The position numbers and the translations under genes were made by a program. A DNA stretch of 63,325 nt, the filler included, from Octopus bimaculoides (Eukaryota): assembly GCF_001194135.2 (NCBI RefSeq). It is 6 parts of 6 records of this genome, joined end to end, with 100 filler letters (N's around TTAATTAATTAA, not from the genome) between each part and the next. Parts side by side here need not be neighbours in the genome. Positions count along the whole stretch, not along the records: positions 22,479 to 28,406 come from NC_068982.1; positions 28,507 to 56,855 come from NC_068988.1; 4 more parts are not named here. One strand, written 5' to 3'. Positions 24,225-36,902 of the stretch are shown piece by piece; positions within the stretch are counted from its first letter, which is position 1, and every line of letters starts with the position of its first letter. The notes beneath the pieces are model-generated. The model did not search any database. It worked only from the letters and a program-made list of their open reading frames with translations, and had not been told where the DNA came from.

Positions 24225-24239
24225 TGTGTTTATATTCTT

Positions 24240-24590
24240 TTATTATTTTATTTGTTTCAATCATATGACTGCGGCCATGTTGAAGCACCGCCTTTAGTCG
24301 AACAAATCGATCCCAGGACTTATTCTTTTGCCGAACCGCTAAGTTACGGGGACGTAAACATATCAGCATCGATTGTCAAGCGATGGTGGGGGACACACAC
24401 AGACACACACACACACACACACACACACACGACGGACTTCTTTCAGTTTCTGTCTGCCAAATGCACTCACAGGGCTTTGGTCGGCCTGAAGTTAGTAGAA
24501 GACACTTGCCCAAGGTGTCATGCAGTGGCATTGAACCCGGAACTATGTGGTTGGTAAGCAAGCTACTTACCACACAGCCACTCCTATATA
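24240..24590 (-). mobile_element. SINE family A, full length
   Basis: Reverse-complement homolog of 12240-12690 with central (CA)n. Confidence 0.88.
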
Positions 24591-24886
24591 TATATATATA
24601 TATAAACAAATAACACCGGGCGGATTGTGGTTCACTACAGCTGTTTCAAACCCATGAGTGACCTTGATGACTCGTTGTGTATTCAGTCGGCCATTTGTGA
24701 TTGTACGCACATCCGGTGTACAAATTTGAGTTTACTTTAGCAAGTACGTATGTATCCTTAAATATTGTTTGTACACGATAGCGCTATCACCGACCTGATC
24801 TTGGTGGTCAACTATTAAGCACCTGATTCACTTGAATCCTGGAAATTTTATACATACATACATACATACATGCATACATACATACA

Positions 24887-25220
24887 TCTTATATATAAAT
24901 GGCAAATTCTGTCTGTTTGTCTGTCTGTTACCACCTTGAAGCCCAAACTAGGGAACCAATCTTCACCAAACTTTGTATACATGTTGAACTAACATCTAGT
25001 TCAATTATAGGCTAATTGGATTTCAATAAAAATCGATAACGGACTGACTACGGTGGTTGGCCTATTAGATGATAAAATGAGAGGGGTGAAAAAGTGTGTG
25101 GTTCAGGGAAATGTAGCATAATGAGGGTGGCTGATATCAGGAAAGAGAAGGAGACAAGAAGAGATAGACACACAGGGAATGTGAGAGACAGACAGAGAGA
25201 ACGACAGACAGGAGCACTTC
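24887..25220 (+). mobile_element. Non-autonomous Helitron-like 5' portion
   Basis: A|TC start (tcttatatataaatggc), short (CTGT)n array, accaatcttcaccaaactttg; typical of animal non-autonomous Helitrons. No 3' CTRR end found. Confidence 0.5.
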
Positions 25221-25625
25221 TAAATATATAAAAGAGAGTTGTATGTGTATGTATGTATGTGCGCGTGCGCGTATCTCCCTTATAAATTAAAAAAACTGAG
25301 TTGCCGACTTTGACGTATGAGTTATCAAAAGATTCAGTAACCTTAAAAGTATCAAATAAATTTTATTTTCATCGACATACTTGCCTTACAAAAATTTTAC
25401 ATTATAATCTTTTCTATAAGTCATCTATCGTAAACATTTTATGCCACAACAACAACGACAACAACGTCACTTTCTATATGAATGTGTACCTTAAAAGACG
25501 TCCATTTCTCTAAATGTTATGACGAAAAAGCAGTCAGTCACTCTCTCTCTCTCTCATACATGCACACGCACACGTACACATATATACAAAAAAGATGTAT
25601 GCATATGTATTTATGTATGTGTATA

Positions 25626-25699
<74 letters not shown>

Positions 25700-26211
25700 G
25701 TGAATGCCACGCACACATTCCATAATTCTACTATCCAAAACGACATTTTATACCACGCGACGACCACGTCACATTTTCTATATGAGTGTGTACCTTAAAA
25801 GACATCCATTTCTCTATATGTTATGACGAAATACAGTCACTCACTTTCTCACATGCACAACACACATACATGCAAAAAATGTATGCATATGTATTTATGT
25901 ACGTGTATATGAAAGATAATGTGTGTGTATGTGTGTTTGTGAGAAAGAGAGACTAAGTGCCACTTACACATACATGCAAAAAATACATACATGACAACAC
26001 ACACCTTCACTCACTCACTCACTCTCTATCTCTCTCTAACACACACACACACACACGCGCCCATTTCATATATATGTGGACATACAACCTTCACTCTCTC
26101 CTCTCTTCAAAGCATAAAGAAATAAAGTAGCTGATTGTCTTTTTCCTTTTCCATTGTGATCTGTATGGATGGCTTTATTGAGTTCACATGATCTAACAAC
26201 ACTTGGACATC

Positions 26212-26803
26212 TTCCTGGTGGAGCCAGGAAAAAGACAATCAGCTGGCATTCCTGTATGTATTAATAACACGCACCAAGTATGGATTCAGGACATCCGTAT
26301 ACCGCAAGTCGACCTTTACAGGACGATACCTCAATTCCCACCACCCATGCAGTGTAAAGAGAGGGATTGCTCAGTGCCTAAAACATCGTGCAAAGAATAT
26401 AAGTAGCGATCGTGATACACACCACGAAGAAATGATCAAGCTCAATAACGATCTTTTAAGCAACTACTACCCCAAAAGTATACTATCCACTCCAAATATG
26501 AAGAAGAGAGAGAGGATGAGGCCAATAAACTGTCCACAGTCTGTCTACCCTATGTGAAAGGCCCCTCCAAAAAGATACAAAAGATATGCGGCACATATGA
26601 CATCAGGACAGTATTCAAAAGTAATACACTTCGCAAATATCTCCTTCGAGTAAAACCACCAAGAGAAGAGACTAAGAACTGCGTGTACTCCATCCCATGC
26701 AGCTGTGGTAGGTTATACAAAGGCGAAACATGTCGCCCTCTCTAAATAAGGGTAGACGAACATCGCAAAGCTGTGACACGAGGAGATATTGATAAATCGG
26801 GTC
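26212..26803 (+). mobile_element. Penelope-like element fragment (RT C-terminus plus GIY-YIG endonuclease), decayed
   Basis: EKDNQLAFLYVLITRTKYGFRTSVYRKSTFTGRYLN ... LPYVKGPSKKIQKICGTYDIRTVFKSN ... KNCVYSIPCSCGRLYKGETCRPL*IRVDEHRKAV. Confidence 0.85.
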
Positions 26804-27182
26804 AAAATTATTCACCAGTTAAGCCCTGTTAGATTTCAAGATTATTTCACGAGTGCTAGATATATGCGCTAATTTTTTTCGGTCAGCATTTTGCATTTAA
26901 TAAAACATTTGTAGTTACTAATCTCTTTTCGGTTTTGTGGAATTCTTTAGATAATGGTAATGCTTTTCTGTCTAATTTTACATCGTGCATTGTATTATAG
27001 TATCTTCAAATGATCCTTGTAAATTCCTGGTCAACGGACGAGAAGGTGTCGTACTTATTTGTCTGGTGGAGCATTTTGAGTTATAAAACTTACAATTTTC
27101 TTTGGAATTCAGATATAAAATGTCTCATTGCTTGTACACACTCACCGCGCGTGCGCACACACGTACGCGCACACCCACACGT

Positions 27183-27230
<48 letters not shown>

Positions 27231-27837
27231 ACAAAATATGTAAGTACAAGCAAGAAGGTTAAAACAGTACTCATTGCCAAGGGGAGAGTGTTACTTACGA
27301 TTATAACACCCAGCTGTTATAATCATACGTACACACACAGATATGTTCATAAACACACACATGTTCATACATCTATGTATATGTATATACATATGTATAT
27401 ATATATATATATTGTATATATATATATATATNNNNNNNNNNNNNNNNNNNNNNNNNNNNNNNNNNNNNNNNNNNNNNNNNNNNNNNNNNNNNNNNNNNNN
27501 NNNNNNNNNNNNNNNNNNNNNNNNNNNNNNNNNNNNNNNNNNNNNNNNNNNNNNNNNNNNNNNNNNNNNNNNNNNNNNNNNNNNNNNNNNNNNNNNNNNN
27601 NNNNNNNNNNNNNNNNNNNNNNNNNNNNNNNNNNNNNNNNNNNNNNNNNNNNNNNNNNNNNNNNNNNNNNNNNNNNNNNNNNNNNNNNNNNNNNNNNNNN
27701 NNNNNNNNNNNNNNNNNNNNNNNNNNNNNNNNNNNNNNNNNNNNNNNNNNNNNNNNNNNNNNNNNNNAAATAAATGAATTAGTGAGTGAAGTTTATTTCA
27801 AATGAAAGGAAAGGCGTTTGTCCGAGTAAAGGAAAGA

Positions 27838-27921
27838 CGAAGAAAGAGAAGAAGAAGAAGAAGAAGAAGAAGAAGAAGAAGAAGAAGAAGAAGAAGAAGA
27901 AGAAGAAGAAGAAGAAGAAGA
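27838..27921. repeat. (AAG)n microsatellite
   Basis: Direct reading; source of the poly-R and poly-L ORFs. Confidence 0.95.
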
Positions 27922-28099
27922 AAAAATTTTAAGCTGATAACAGTTTGCACGACACCACTAAGACTGCCGGCCACAAAACCGAATAGTCCAGAAACAGAGC
28001 AAGAACAAGGTCTCCAGCTTCCCAATAACGCGAATATTATTTCAGAATTTCTCTTTCCTTAAGAAATGTCTAAACAAAGACTAAGGGTCTCTCACTCCC

Positions 28100-28196
28100 A
28101 GTTGTTGGATTGCTGTCCTATCAGACTCTTTTGCCGAGCAGCTAAGTTACGGGGAATTGAACACACCAACGTCGGTTGTCAAGCGATGGTGGACAG

Positions 28197-28228
<32 letters not shown>

Positions 28229-28406
28229 CATGGCACTCCGGTTACGACGACGAGGGTTCCAGTTGATTCGATCAACGGAACAGCCTACTCGTGAAATTAA
28301 CGTGCAAGTGGCTGAGCACTCCACAGACACGTGTACCCTTAACGTAGTCCTCGGGGAGATTCAGCGTGACACAAAGTGTGAGAAGACTGGCCTTTTGAAA
28401 TACATG
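28100..28406 (-). mobile_element. Adjacent partial SINE-A and SINE-B-like 3' segments separated by (CA)n
   Basis: 28100-28200 matches the SINE-A 3' half; 28230-28406 matches the SINE-B 3' body (ggttccagttgat..gtggctgagcactccacagacacgtgtaccc). Confidence 0.75.
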
Positions 28407-28789
28407 NNNNNNNNNNNNNNNNNNNNNNNNNNNNNNNNNNNNNNNNNNNNTTAATTAATTAANNNNNNNNNNNNNNNNNNNNNNNNNNNNNNNNNNNNNN
28501 NNNNNNGTGGTGTAGGCAGATAACACGACCCAACTTAGTGAAGAGATCTGCTCCTGGTTGTTCAGACATGTACTTTGTATAAAAATACAAAAATGCTTTA
28601 TATAATATTTCCGAAGTGCAGAACCCAGGATAGATGAATAAAATATAAATGAGTAGCAAAGATGTATTTGTCCTTTGTGTCTGAATTCTATGCAGTCATC
28701 TGACGAAAACGGCTTCTTTGCAATGATATAATGTTTTCATAAATTAATTTAAGGAATCGTTTGAAACGGCCGTAATGAATTTACACCTG

Positions 28790-29010
28790 TACATCTTTGT
28801 TACTTATATATATATAGTCAATCCAAACATGAACAAGCAAGAAAAAATACGAAAAAACAACAACGCGAGGACGTGGGATAAGTACAGTGTTATTAGACGT
28901 TCAGGAAAGGAAAGAAAAGAAAGAGGATTTCACGTTTCGAGTAGAGCTCTTCATCAGAAAAATAGAAAAAGTCCAAAGAAGGGAAAACGGAGAAAGAAAA
29001 TCACCAACGA
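28790..29010 (-). mobile_element. Terminal fragment of a putative Penelope-like element (family 2)
   Basis: Minus strand reads ctgatgaagagctctactcgaaacgtg..tttcctttcctgaacgtctaataacact..cacgtcctc, then (TA)n; homologous to 1940-2060. Confidence 0.55.
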
Positions 29011-29654
29011 TACACACGCGGTCACATATTGAAAAATATATATACATACATACATACATACATACATACATACATCTTGATATGAAAACACCATGTCACG
29101 TACATATGGTTGTGATGCATGTGCCTGGTGTACCCTTATCAGATGGGTAATCATGATGGGTATAATGGACTTCGTATATTTTACCCCAGTGTCACTTTGA
29201 TGGCATGCCCTGCTCTCTCACTCAATAATATATATATGCACGCATGTATATATACATGTATATCAACAGGCCTGCGGTTGTGTGTGTATGAAGAGATGTA
29301 GGATGACCTGCGAGGTAGGGAGGAGTACTTGACTGTACATTCCCAATTGTAACGTGGACGACCGGAATCGTGTTTATTGTTACTACACTTCACACTTCCC
29401 ATGTCATTAAGTTGGTGGGCAGAGGTGTGTGAGTGTGCGGCGGGGAGAGCACTGTTTGACAAGTCGGTTCCAGATGCTGATTGTTTGCGATTGCTTAAAA
29501 GTGCTGAATGTGTGTATGTGTACTTAGTTGAAGATGTTTAATTATCTCACATGCTTGCGTGTACTTTAAGGTGGGTGTGTATCACTCATTTAATTATTGC
29601 TTGTTTATCGCATTGTGTGTATGTGAAGGTATTTGTGCTGAGCTGTTTCAGATT

Positions 29655-29722
<68 letters not shown>

Positions 29723-30038
29723 GTTGCTGCTGCAGCTTCTACTACTACTACCACTGTTATTATTATTTTCATTTGCATCCGTCACTACGTTCTGAGTTCA
29801 AATTCCGCAGAGGTCGACTTTACCTTTCATCCTTTTGGGGTCGATAAATTAAGTACCGGTAAAATACTAGGGCCAATGTAATTGACTCATCCCTTCGTCC
29901 AGAATTACTGCCCATATGGCAAAATTTGAAACCATTATTATTATTATTATTTGATAAATTAGTTACCAGTTAAACACTGGGGTCGATGTAATCGACTAGT
30001 CCCCTACCCCAAATGATAGGCCTTGTGCCTTCAGTTGA

Positions 30039-30069
<31 letters not shown>

Positions 30070-30070
<1 letters not shown>

Positions 30071-30422
30071 CAGCAGATGACAACGTTTCTCTAAAAGAAA
30101 TGGAAAAACTTTCAAAATACAAAGACCTGGAAATAGAGATAACTCGAATGTGGAATCTAAAAACAGAAACAATTCCTATCATAGTAGGTGCCTTAGGTAT
30201 AATAAAAAAATATTCAGACAAATACATAACAAAAACACCAGGACTTACAAATATATATAACATACAGAAAATTGCACTACTGGGTACTGCACACATTCTA
30301 CGCAAAACACTTTCAATACAGTAAACATAAGAGCACCACAGCAAACCACAGCACATACCCAAGGCGCACAGAGCTGCGCTCGGTAGTGAAGTGAAAGCAC
30401 GTTATAAAAATAAAACTACTGA
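30070..30422 (+). mobile_element. 5'-truncated R4/Dong-type (RLE) non-LTR retrotransposon, 3' end, within (TAA)n
   Basis: ADDNVSLKEMEKLSKYKDLEIEITRMWNLKTETIPIIVGALG...IQKIALLGTAHILRK is the C-terminus of the restriction-like endonuclease domain; about 100-bp 3'UTR; (TAA)n on both sides. Confidence 0.88.
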
Positions 30423-30443
30423 ATAATAATAATAATAATAATA

Positions 30444-30474
<31 letters not shown>

Positions 30475-30778
30475 TTATTATTATTATTATTATTATTATT
30501 GTGATTATTTTTATTATTATTTCATATACACACATCCCCGTAACTTAGCGGTTCGGCAAAATGAACCGATAAAATCAGTACTAGCCTTAAAACAAAAATA
30601 AGTAATGGAGTCGAAAATTACGACTAAAAATTCAAGGCGTTAGAGTTACTGTAACTTCGAAATTCCGCGAATAATGAGACTTCGACTCGGTGAAGTATTT
30701 TGGGGCAAGATTTGTTGTCACTGTGTCTTCGTATTTCTGTCTAATAAAATATATAGACTGCACCTCCGTATCGAATAA

Positions 30779-30835
<57 letters not shown>

Positions 30836-31715
30836 CGTTTGTTTATTCTGAGTATGACTTTTAAACTGCATCAGAGGATTCCAGGGTTGTGAAGAGTGTG
30901 TAATTTTCCTCTTAGCCCCTTTGGCTCCCAGATCTATTCTGAGTAGTGACATCTGAAAGTGTCCCAGCTATGGGTTAGTTAGTATATAAATAAGACCACC
31001 GAAAGTGAGGGACCCTCTAGCTGTTGCCACAACAGTCTTCTTAGAGAGGGACACTCCGATGTGAAACCTGCGGTTTCACGTTTCCTCTCGTTTTGGCCTG
31101 TCACTATGTACTAATCACGGAGACTCAGAGAGCGATAGCCGTGTTGTATACACGTTTATCACTATAAACCAATGACGTACTAATATCTGTTTCTGGTAAC
31201 ATCATTTGTCATGTGTCATTGCCTCTACTGAAAGTTCAATGACGATGGAAGAATGGTGACTGTGTAAACCTAACCAGTTGAAAGCGTACAGTTACAAAGC
31301 AGCAATACTGAATAGTTATCTGAGATGTCATGGCTGGAAAGTCAGAATTGCCATTGACAAAGAGAAAGCGCAAGGAGACGGAAATCATCTGTGAAAGACA
31401 GAGCAGACATCATCTACCTACATATTTACATGCTCACAGATGCATGCGTACAGAATTTAGAGTGAGAAGCAACAATTTGTGCGTATAGCGTCAAATGTTA
31501 GGGGAAAGTTGACAGACTGCGTGATGACGAGGGTATCTCTGTTCAGCAGCTTATGTGCTAGAAATGACAGTGAAATCTTTTTCTATGTCACACCCTGCTG
31601 TCTTTAAAAGGATAGACACTATAAAATATAGTTTTAAAATATAAAAGTGCTTAGAATTCAGATGAGATTTTCATAGCTGATCATAGGTCTGCTAGATATG
31701 GACCGACCTAGGGTT

Positions 31716-31783
<68 letters not shown>

Positions 31784-33084
31784 TAAATGCTTAGTTGTAA
31801 ACTCGTTCGCGAAACGGCACGGTTATACTTTGAAGCATACCCTGACAATTATCTAGCATAAATTATTTGGCAAAGACACAAATAAAGGAAAAAAAAAAAA
31901 ATGTTTAAGAGAAAGGGAGAGAGGTGGGGAAATGAGAAAGGCAAAGTATTGGGAGAGAGAAAGTGGAATTGTGATACTGTGCCAAAGTACTTCATATTAC
32001 AGGGAAGTTTGTAGTGGTTACAATAGTAGGATGAAACACATTGGAAACCCTCTCGAAATAACAATGATAAATTGCATTTGGCAGCAAAGTATCGTTTATC
32101 TAATTCCATTTCTTAAGTGTTTTATAGCAACAACGTGGAACCTATGTCAATTATACCTGAAAAGAAGTTGATTCGGGGTATCTAAGAATAAGGTGAATCG
32201 ACCAAAATATCATCGGTGAAATTTAGCGAAATGAAACTGTGTGGAAGACAGTCAAGGAGCCGTTCTTGTTTTTTGGCAGGTAAAATTAATCCGTCTTACA
32301 GTGTACGTTCGCCCTTTGGCCTTTAGATACCTTTTTATTTTTAGAGACAACCCTTGTTTCAAGGATTGGAATCTAGTCTGACGAATGAAGATAAAACTCC
32401 TTCCCTCCGTCCTTCCAATCTCGGAGGCCCTAAAAACGGTCGTGGATGTCACGTTCCTTTGATAGAGCAAAAAAGAAAACAAAACCTCGTTATAACCCTC
32501 GCTATTGGCGAGTTTATAAGGATAATCAATAAAGGAATTTTGTTGAAAAATAACGGAGTAAATACATAAAGACATGCGATCTAATATAATTAAGCTCCTA
32601 GTAACATAAACAATAACAGTACGGTGTGCAACTGCATAACAGTAGAACCAATGAGGTGATAGGAAGTTATTATTATGTTATTTTTTAGTCTTATGTTAAA
32701 GAGAGAAGACAGGACTCTTGATACGCTAGAAGAACTCCGAAACTCCTGAAACATTTCAGTTTTATTACGATCTCACCAGCGAAACATAAGTTTCTGTCTA
32801 CATGTTAAGAGAACGATGAAGAAATTACTAAGTCAATGTAGAAGATGGTGTTGGGAAATAAAGCTGTTTCGAGAATAAATGACGCCGAGACGTCTTCTGC
32901 GTGAAGAACAATGGTTAAATAAATAATGGTTAAGCATGTTTAATGAATGTGTAGATGAAAAAAACCTCAGACTTATAGAGATTCATGGAGGTTGCTGTTA
33001 AGCTGAGAGTATTGTTTGTTGCTATTTTAATTCACTAACGTTACCAATGTTCTTTAGGAGAATATTTAAAATATATCTCAGTAT

Positions 33085-33898
33085 CACAATATCGACCAGA
33101 CCATCAGTCACTGTTATACACGGCTGGTCACAATGCGCTTACAGTACTGTCTTGATTGCACTATTCTTTTCTTTCTTGACCTAAACTGCTTCACTGAATC
33201 GTCTTTCCATCGTCGTGGAGGCCTTCCAAGTGGAATGTGTGGTACCACAGTTTTGAAACAGACCAGATGCAGACCACGCTGACAGGACCACGCTGACACT
33301 CAGAGCTCAGTAGTAAGTCTTACAATGAACCACATGATAACACTCTTGGATACCACTCGACAACTGCACAGGTCCACTAATTGTCTGTAAACCTTGCGAC
33401 ATGTCCACCATGAAAGAACTTGTGCTTTCCATGCTTTACGATCACATCGTTCAATCCGTTCCGTTCTCGAATTATTTCATTTCGAATGTGCTCTCTTAAT
33501 TGCATTCCCAGCATGGATCTTCCCACGAACCTTTGCGTCCTCTTCGTAGTAGCCCACGTCTCACTTGCGTAATAGAGCGCATGTACGACGGTGTTATTAA
33601 AGAGTCTGGCACGTATGGAAGTGTAAATCTTTGTTTTCAGCACATTCTTTATTGAGTTAAACGCCTTCTAACCTGCCCTTATTCTCTGAGATTCCAGCAT
33701 TCATATCCCAGCGCATATTCACTGTGTACCCTAAGTAGACGTACTTCTTTACTCTCTCCGTTTTGTGCTACGTCTTCCGACCGCATATATTTTGTTTTCA
33801 TGTGGTTCATTTTAAGACCTACTGCTGAGTTCTGAGTGTTCAGTTCTGTCAGTATGGTCTGCAGCTGGTCTGTGGTTTCAAAACTGCGATGCCACACA
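33085..33898 (-). mobile_element. Decayed RTE-type LINE 3' fragment (RT C-terminus)
   Basis: LQTILTELN..VGLKMNHMKTKYM, GWKAFNSIK, RARLFNNTVVHALYYASETW, GHVARF, WYPR, PLGRPPRRW, then the 3'UTR gcgcattgtgaccagc. Confidence 0.8.
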
Positions 33899-34112
33899 GT
33901 ACTTTTATAGTAAACAATTTGTAGAGTTAGCGCCTAATCAATGAAACAGAAACTAGTGTATTACTGGTGTATATTCTATTTAGCTAGAAAGTATCTTTTA
34001 AAAATTTAATTATTTGGACATGTTAATTTATCTTGATACATACTAAGATTACTCAAAATACTGGAAAAAGTTTCCAGAAGCACTTTATAGGTAACTATAG
34101 ATCTGGCATTGT

Positions 34113-34420
34113 GAAAGCGCATGGCTCAGTGGTTAGAGCGCCGAGCTCAGTCATGTGGTAGTGAGTTTGATTCCCGGACTGGACCGTGTGCTGTGTTCTT
34201 GAGCTAGACACTTTATTTCACGTTGCTCCAGTTCACTCACCTATAGAAATGAATAGCGATGTCTATAGAAATGAATAGCTAGTTCTAAGCTGTATCGGCC
34301 TTTGCCTTTCCCTTGGATAATACCAGTGGCGTGGAGAGGGGAGGGTGGTATGCATGGGCGACTGCTGGTCTTCCATTAACAAGCTTGCCTCGGAGGGTAA
34401 TATTCTAGGTGCCATCCTAT
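34113..34420 (+). mobile_element. tRNA-derived SINE family C
   Basis: A-box tggctcagtgg, B-box gagtttgattcc, then tgtgttcttgagctagacactttatttcacgttgctccagttcactc. A related degenerate copy lies on the minus strand at about 39425-39690. Confidence 0.65.
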
Positions 34421-35344
34421 AGTTATCTGTGACCGAATTGGGTATTTACCTTTATCTTTTATAAATATGGTTACTAATGGGGGAGTCGTAATAGATGATG
34501 ATCGGTTGCTGGTACCGTGTTCAAATCATTGCCGACGAAGATGCCACTAAAAATGATTTGTATCTGTCTAGTTTTATCTTGTATGTCACTTCACAAGCTA
34601 TAAAGATGGAGGCTACAAATAACGTCTATATCGCTGATATGATTGCTAAGAGCCTCATAAAACAAGTAGGTTATAAGCTCCCAAAAAGTAAAATTCTCGA
34701 ACCGGTACTAATCTCAGGAGAAAACAGAAACATAACACAAACATATATTATATAAATATGCGGCATATTTATTCAACCGGAAATTAAAACAAACCATGCA
34801 CTCAGTCTACCAGCAACTTCCGTAGTGGTAGGAAGTGCTCTACTTGACTTACGTTTTCGTAATGCAGCTCTTCATTTAAGAATGTAGACATGTAACCCAT
34901 GTAGGAAATCAATTACATCAGCGATATAATTAATATTAGTTTATATCATTGATATTAATAAATGATACAACTCAATATTAATGGTAGAAATCAATATAAA
35001 CGATTATACGGTCGGATATAATAGCGTAATATTATATCATCACCTGGTGCTGCTTCTGGCATCTTGTAAACAATCAGAGCAGCAGACTGAGACTTTCCTG
35101 TTTTCTCTCTGCCCACGTGTTTCCTCCAGATATTTCACCGGTAAATGTTGATAGTCAGGCACCACCAGCAGCAATCACACCTGACTAGCTTATACAAACA
35201 AGAACAAAAAAAAAAGCGGGGTGGAAGAGAATAATATCTCTCGGTGACTCAAGTCTCCAGCAAGGTTTCGATTCCAGGTTGATATCCTTTCCTCGCTCAC
35301 ATCTTAGTTTTATATATCCCTCTCTCTCCTCCTCCCCTCTCTTT

Positions 35345-35510
35345 CCTGTGGTGGAAGAGTACAGCAGGGTTCGCCACCATCCCCGGCCGGAGCCTCGTGG
35401 AGCTTTAGGTGTTTTCGCTCAATAAACACTCACAACGCCCGGTCTGGGAATCGAAACCGCGATTCTATGACCACGTCCGCTGCCCTAACCACTGGGCCAT
35501 TGCGCCTCCA
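35345..35510 (-). mobile_element. SINE family B, 5' half
   Basis: Homologous to 6710-6875. Confidence 0.85.
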
Positions 35511-36173
35511 CAATCTTACGAGTAGACATTATCTTTTCTACAATAAGCATAAGGCCTCAAATTTTGGTTGAGGAGGATTATTAATTACATCCACTCCAGT
35601 GCTTGACTGATACTTATTTTAGCGAGTCGAAAGAATTTAAAAGCAAAATTGACCTGGGAAATTTGAAACTTTGAATTCGTAACATAAAGAGCTGGAAAAA
35701 TGCTGCCAATCATTATGTCCGGCATGCTAACAATTCGGCTACTCATCGAATCGTAATTTTATCCGTTATGTAAGCTGTGTTGATAGGATATCTCTTAGTC
35801 ATCCTGGAAGTCGGTCGTTCTTACCGCATCAACTACACTACTTTATCTGCGTAGCCAACATCTCTAATATTCAAATAGCCTAATCTTAACTATAAGAAAG
35901 AAAATAAATATTACGGGTAGAGATAACTTGCTACTCCAAGTAGAACTAGAAGAGGGAAATTAACACGTGCTTTATTCATTGTGTTACTAACGCTTGCAAA
36001 ACAGAAAGAAGAAGGGTCCCCATACGTTGATTATGCTGAGATGTCCTTTTCTACTATAGGCATAAGGCTTGGAATGTTTTTTGAGGAATTATGTCTTTAT
36101 AACAATCCACTTCTTGTACATATATTGGTAACATCTTTCTCTCTCTCCCTCTCTCTCTTACCCTTTGTCTATG

Positions 36174-36207
<34 letters not shown>

Positions 36208-36902
36208 CACACACACACACACATATATATACACCCACACATATCTATCTATTTATATATCTATACACCCACCACACCTACACATACATACATTCATACA
36301 CATACAGAGATATTTATTTATTTATAGATATGCGTATGTACACATACGAACATGTTCTAATATTCAATTGTGATTTAGCATTATAATGATAGACAATATT
36401 TCTTTCAAATTATGGTACGAGGCCAGTAATTTCAAGAGAAGTAAGTAAGTGGATTACATCAACCACAAACAGGTACTTATTTTATCGACCTTGAATGAAT
36501 GAAATGCAAAATCGACCTCGGCGGAATTTTGGCTCAGAACATAAAGAGCCGGGAGAAATGCTGCTAACCATTTTATTCAACGCAATAACGATCCTGTCAG
36601 TTCGTCACTTTATTGTAACATAAATAATGAGATAAGTTGGTTGTCAGTGAGCACGTTATAATTTCATTTTCCGAATCATATCAAATTATTTAATTCGAAA
36701 CCGGACGGTCACGAGTGCAGCAAAATCAAACCCCACTCCCACTGTTAAACAATTTACTTTATCAACGTCCACCTGATACAATGGTATAAGCGATCTTGTG
36801 TACAGCAGCTATATCCGCTACTCGGTACTTCTCGGATGAAGCTGTTCATCCCAATTCTACGTAGGAGAGCGACGGTCTGGAAACTGGAGGTCGGAAGTAC
36901 AA

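Noticed and set aside
29270-29520. Possible CR1/L2-like RT tail on the minus strand (QTISIWNRL)
   Set aside because: Only one short motif matches; insufficient without a database search.
34495-34755. 86-aa ORF with ordinary amino-acid composition
   Set aside because: No recognisable motif or supporting gene structure; within chance length for this much sequence.
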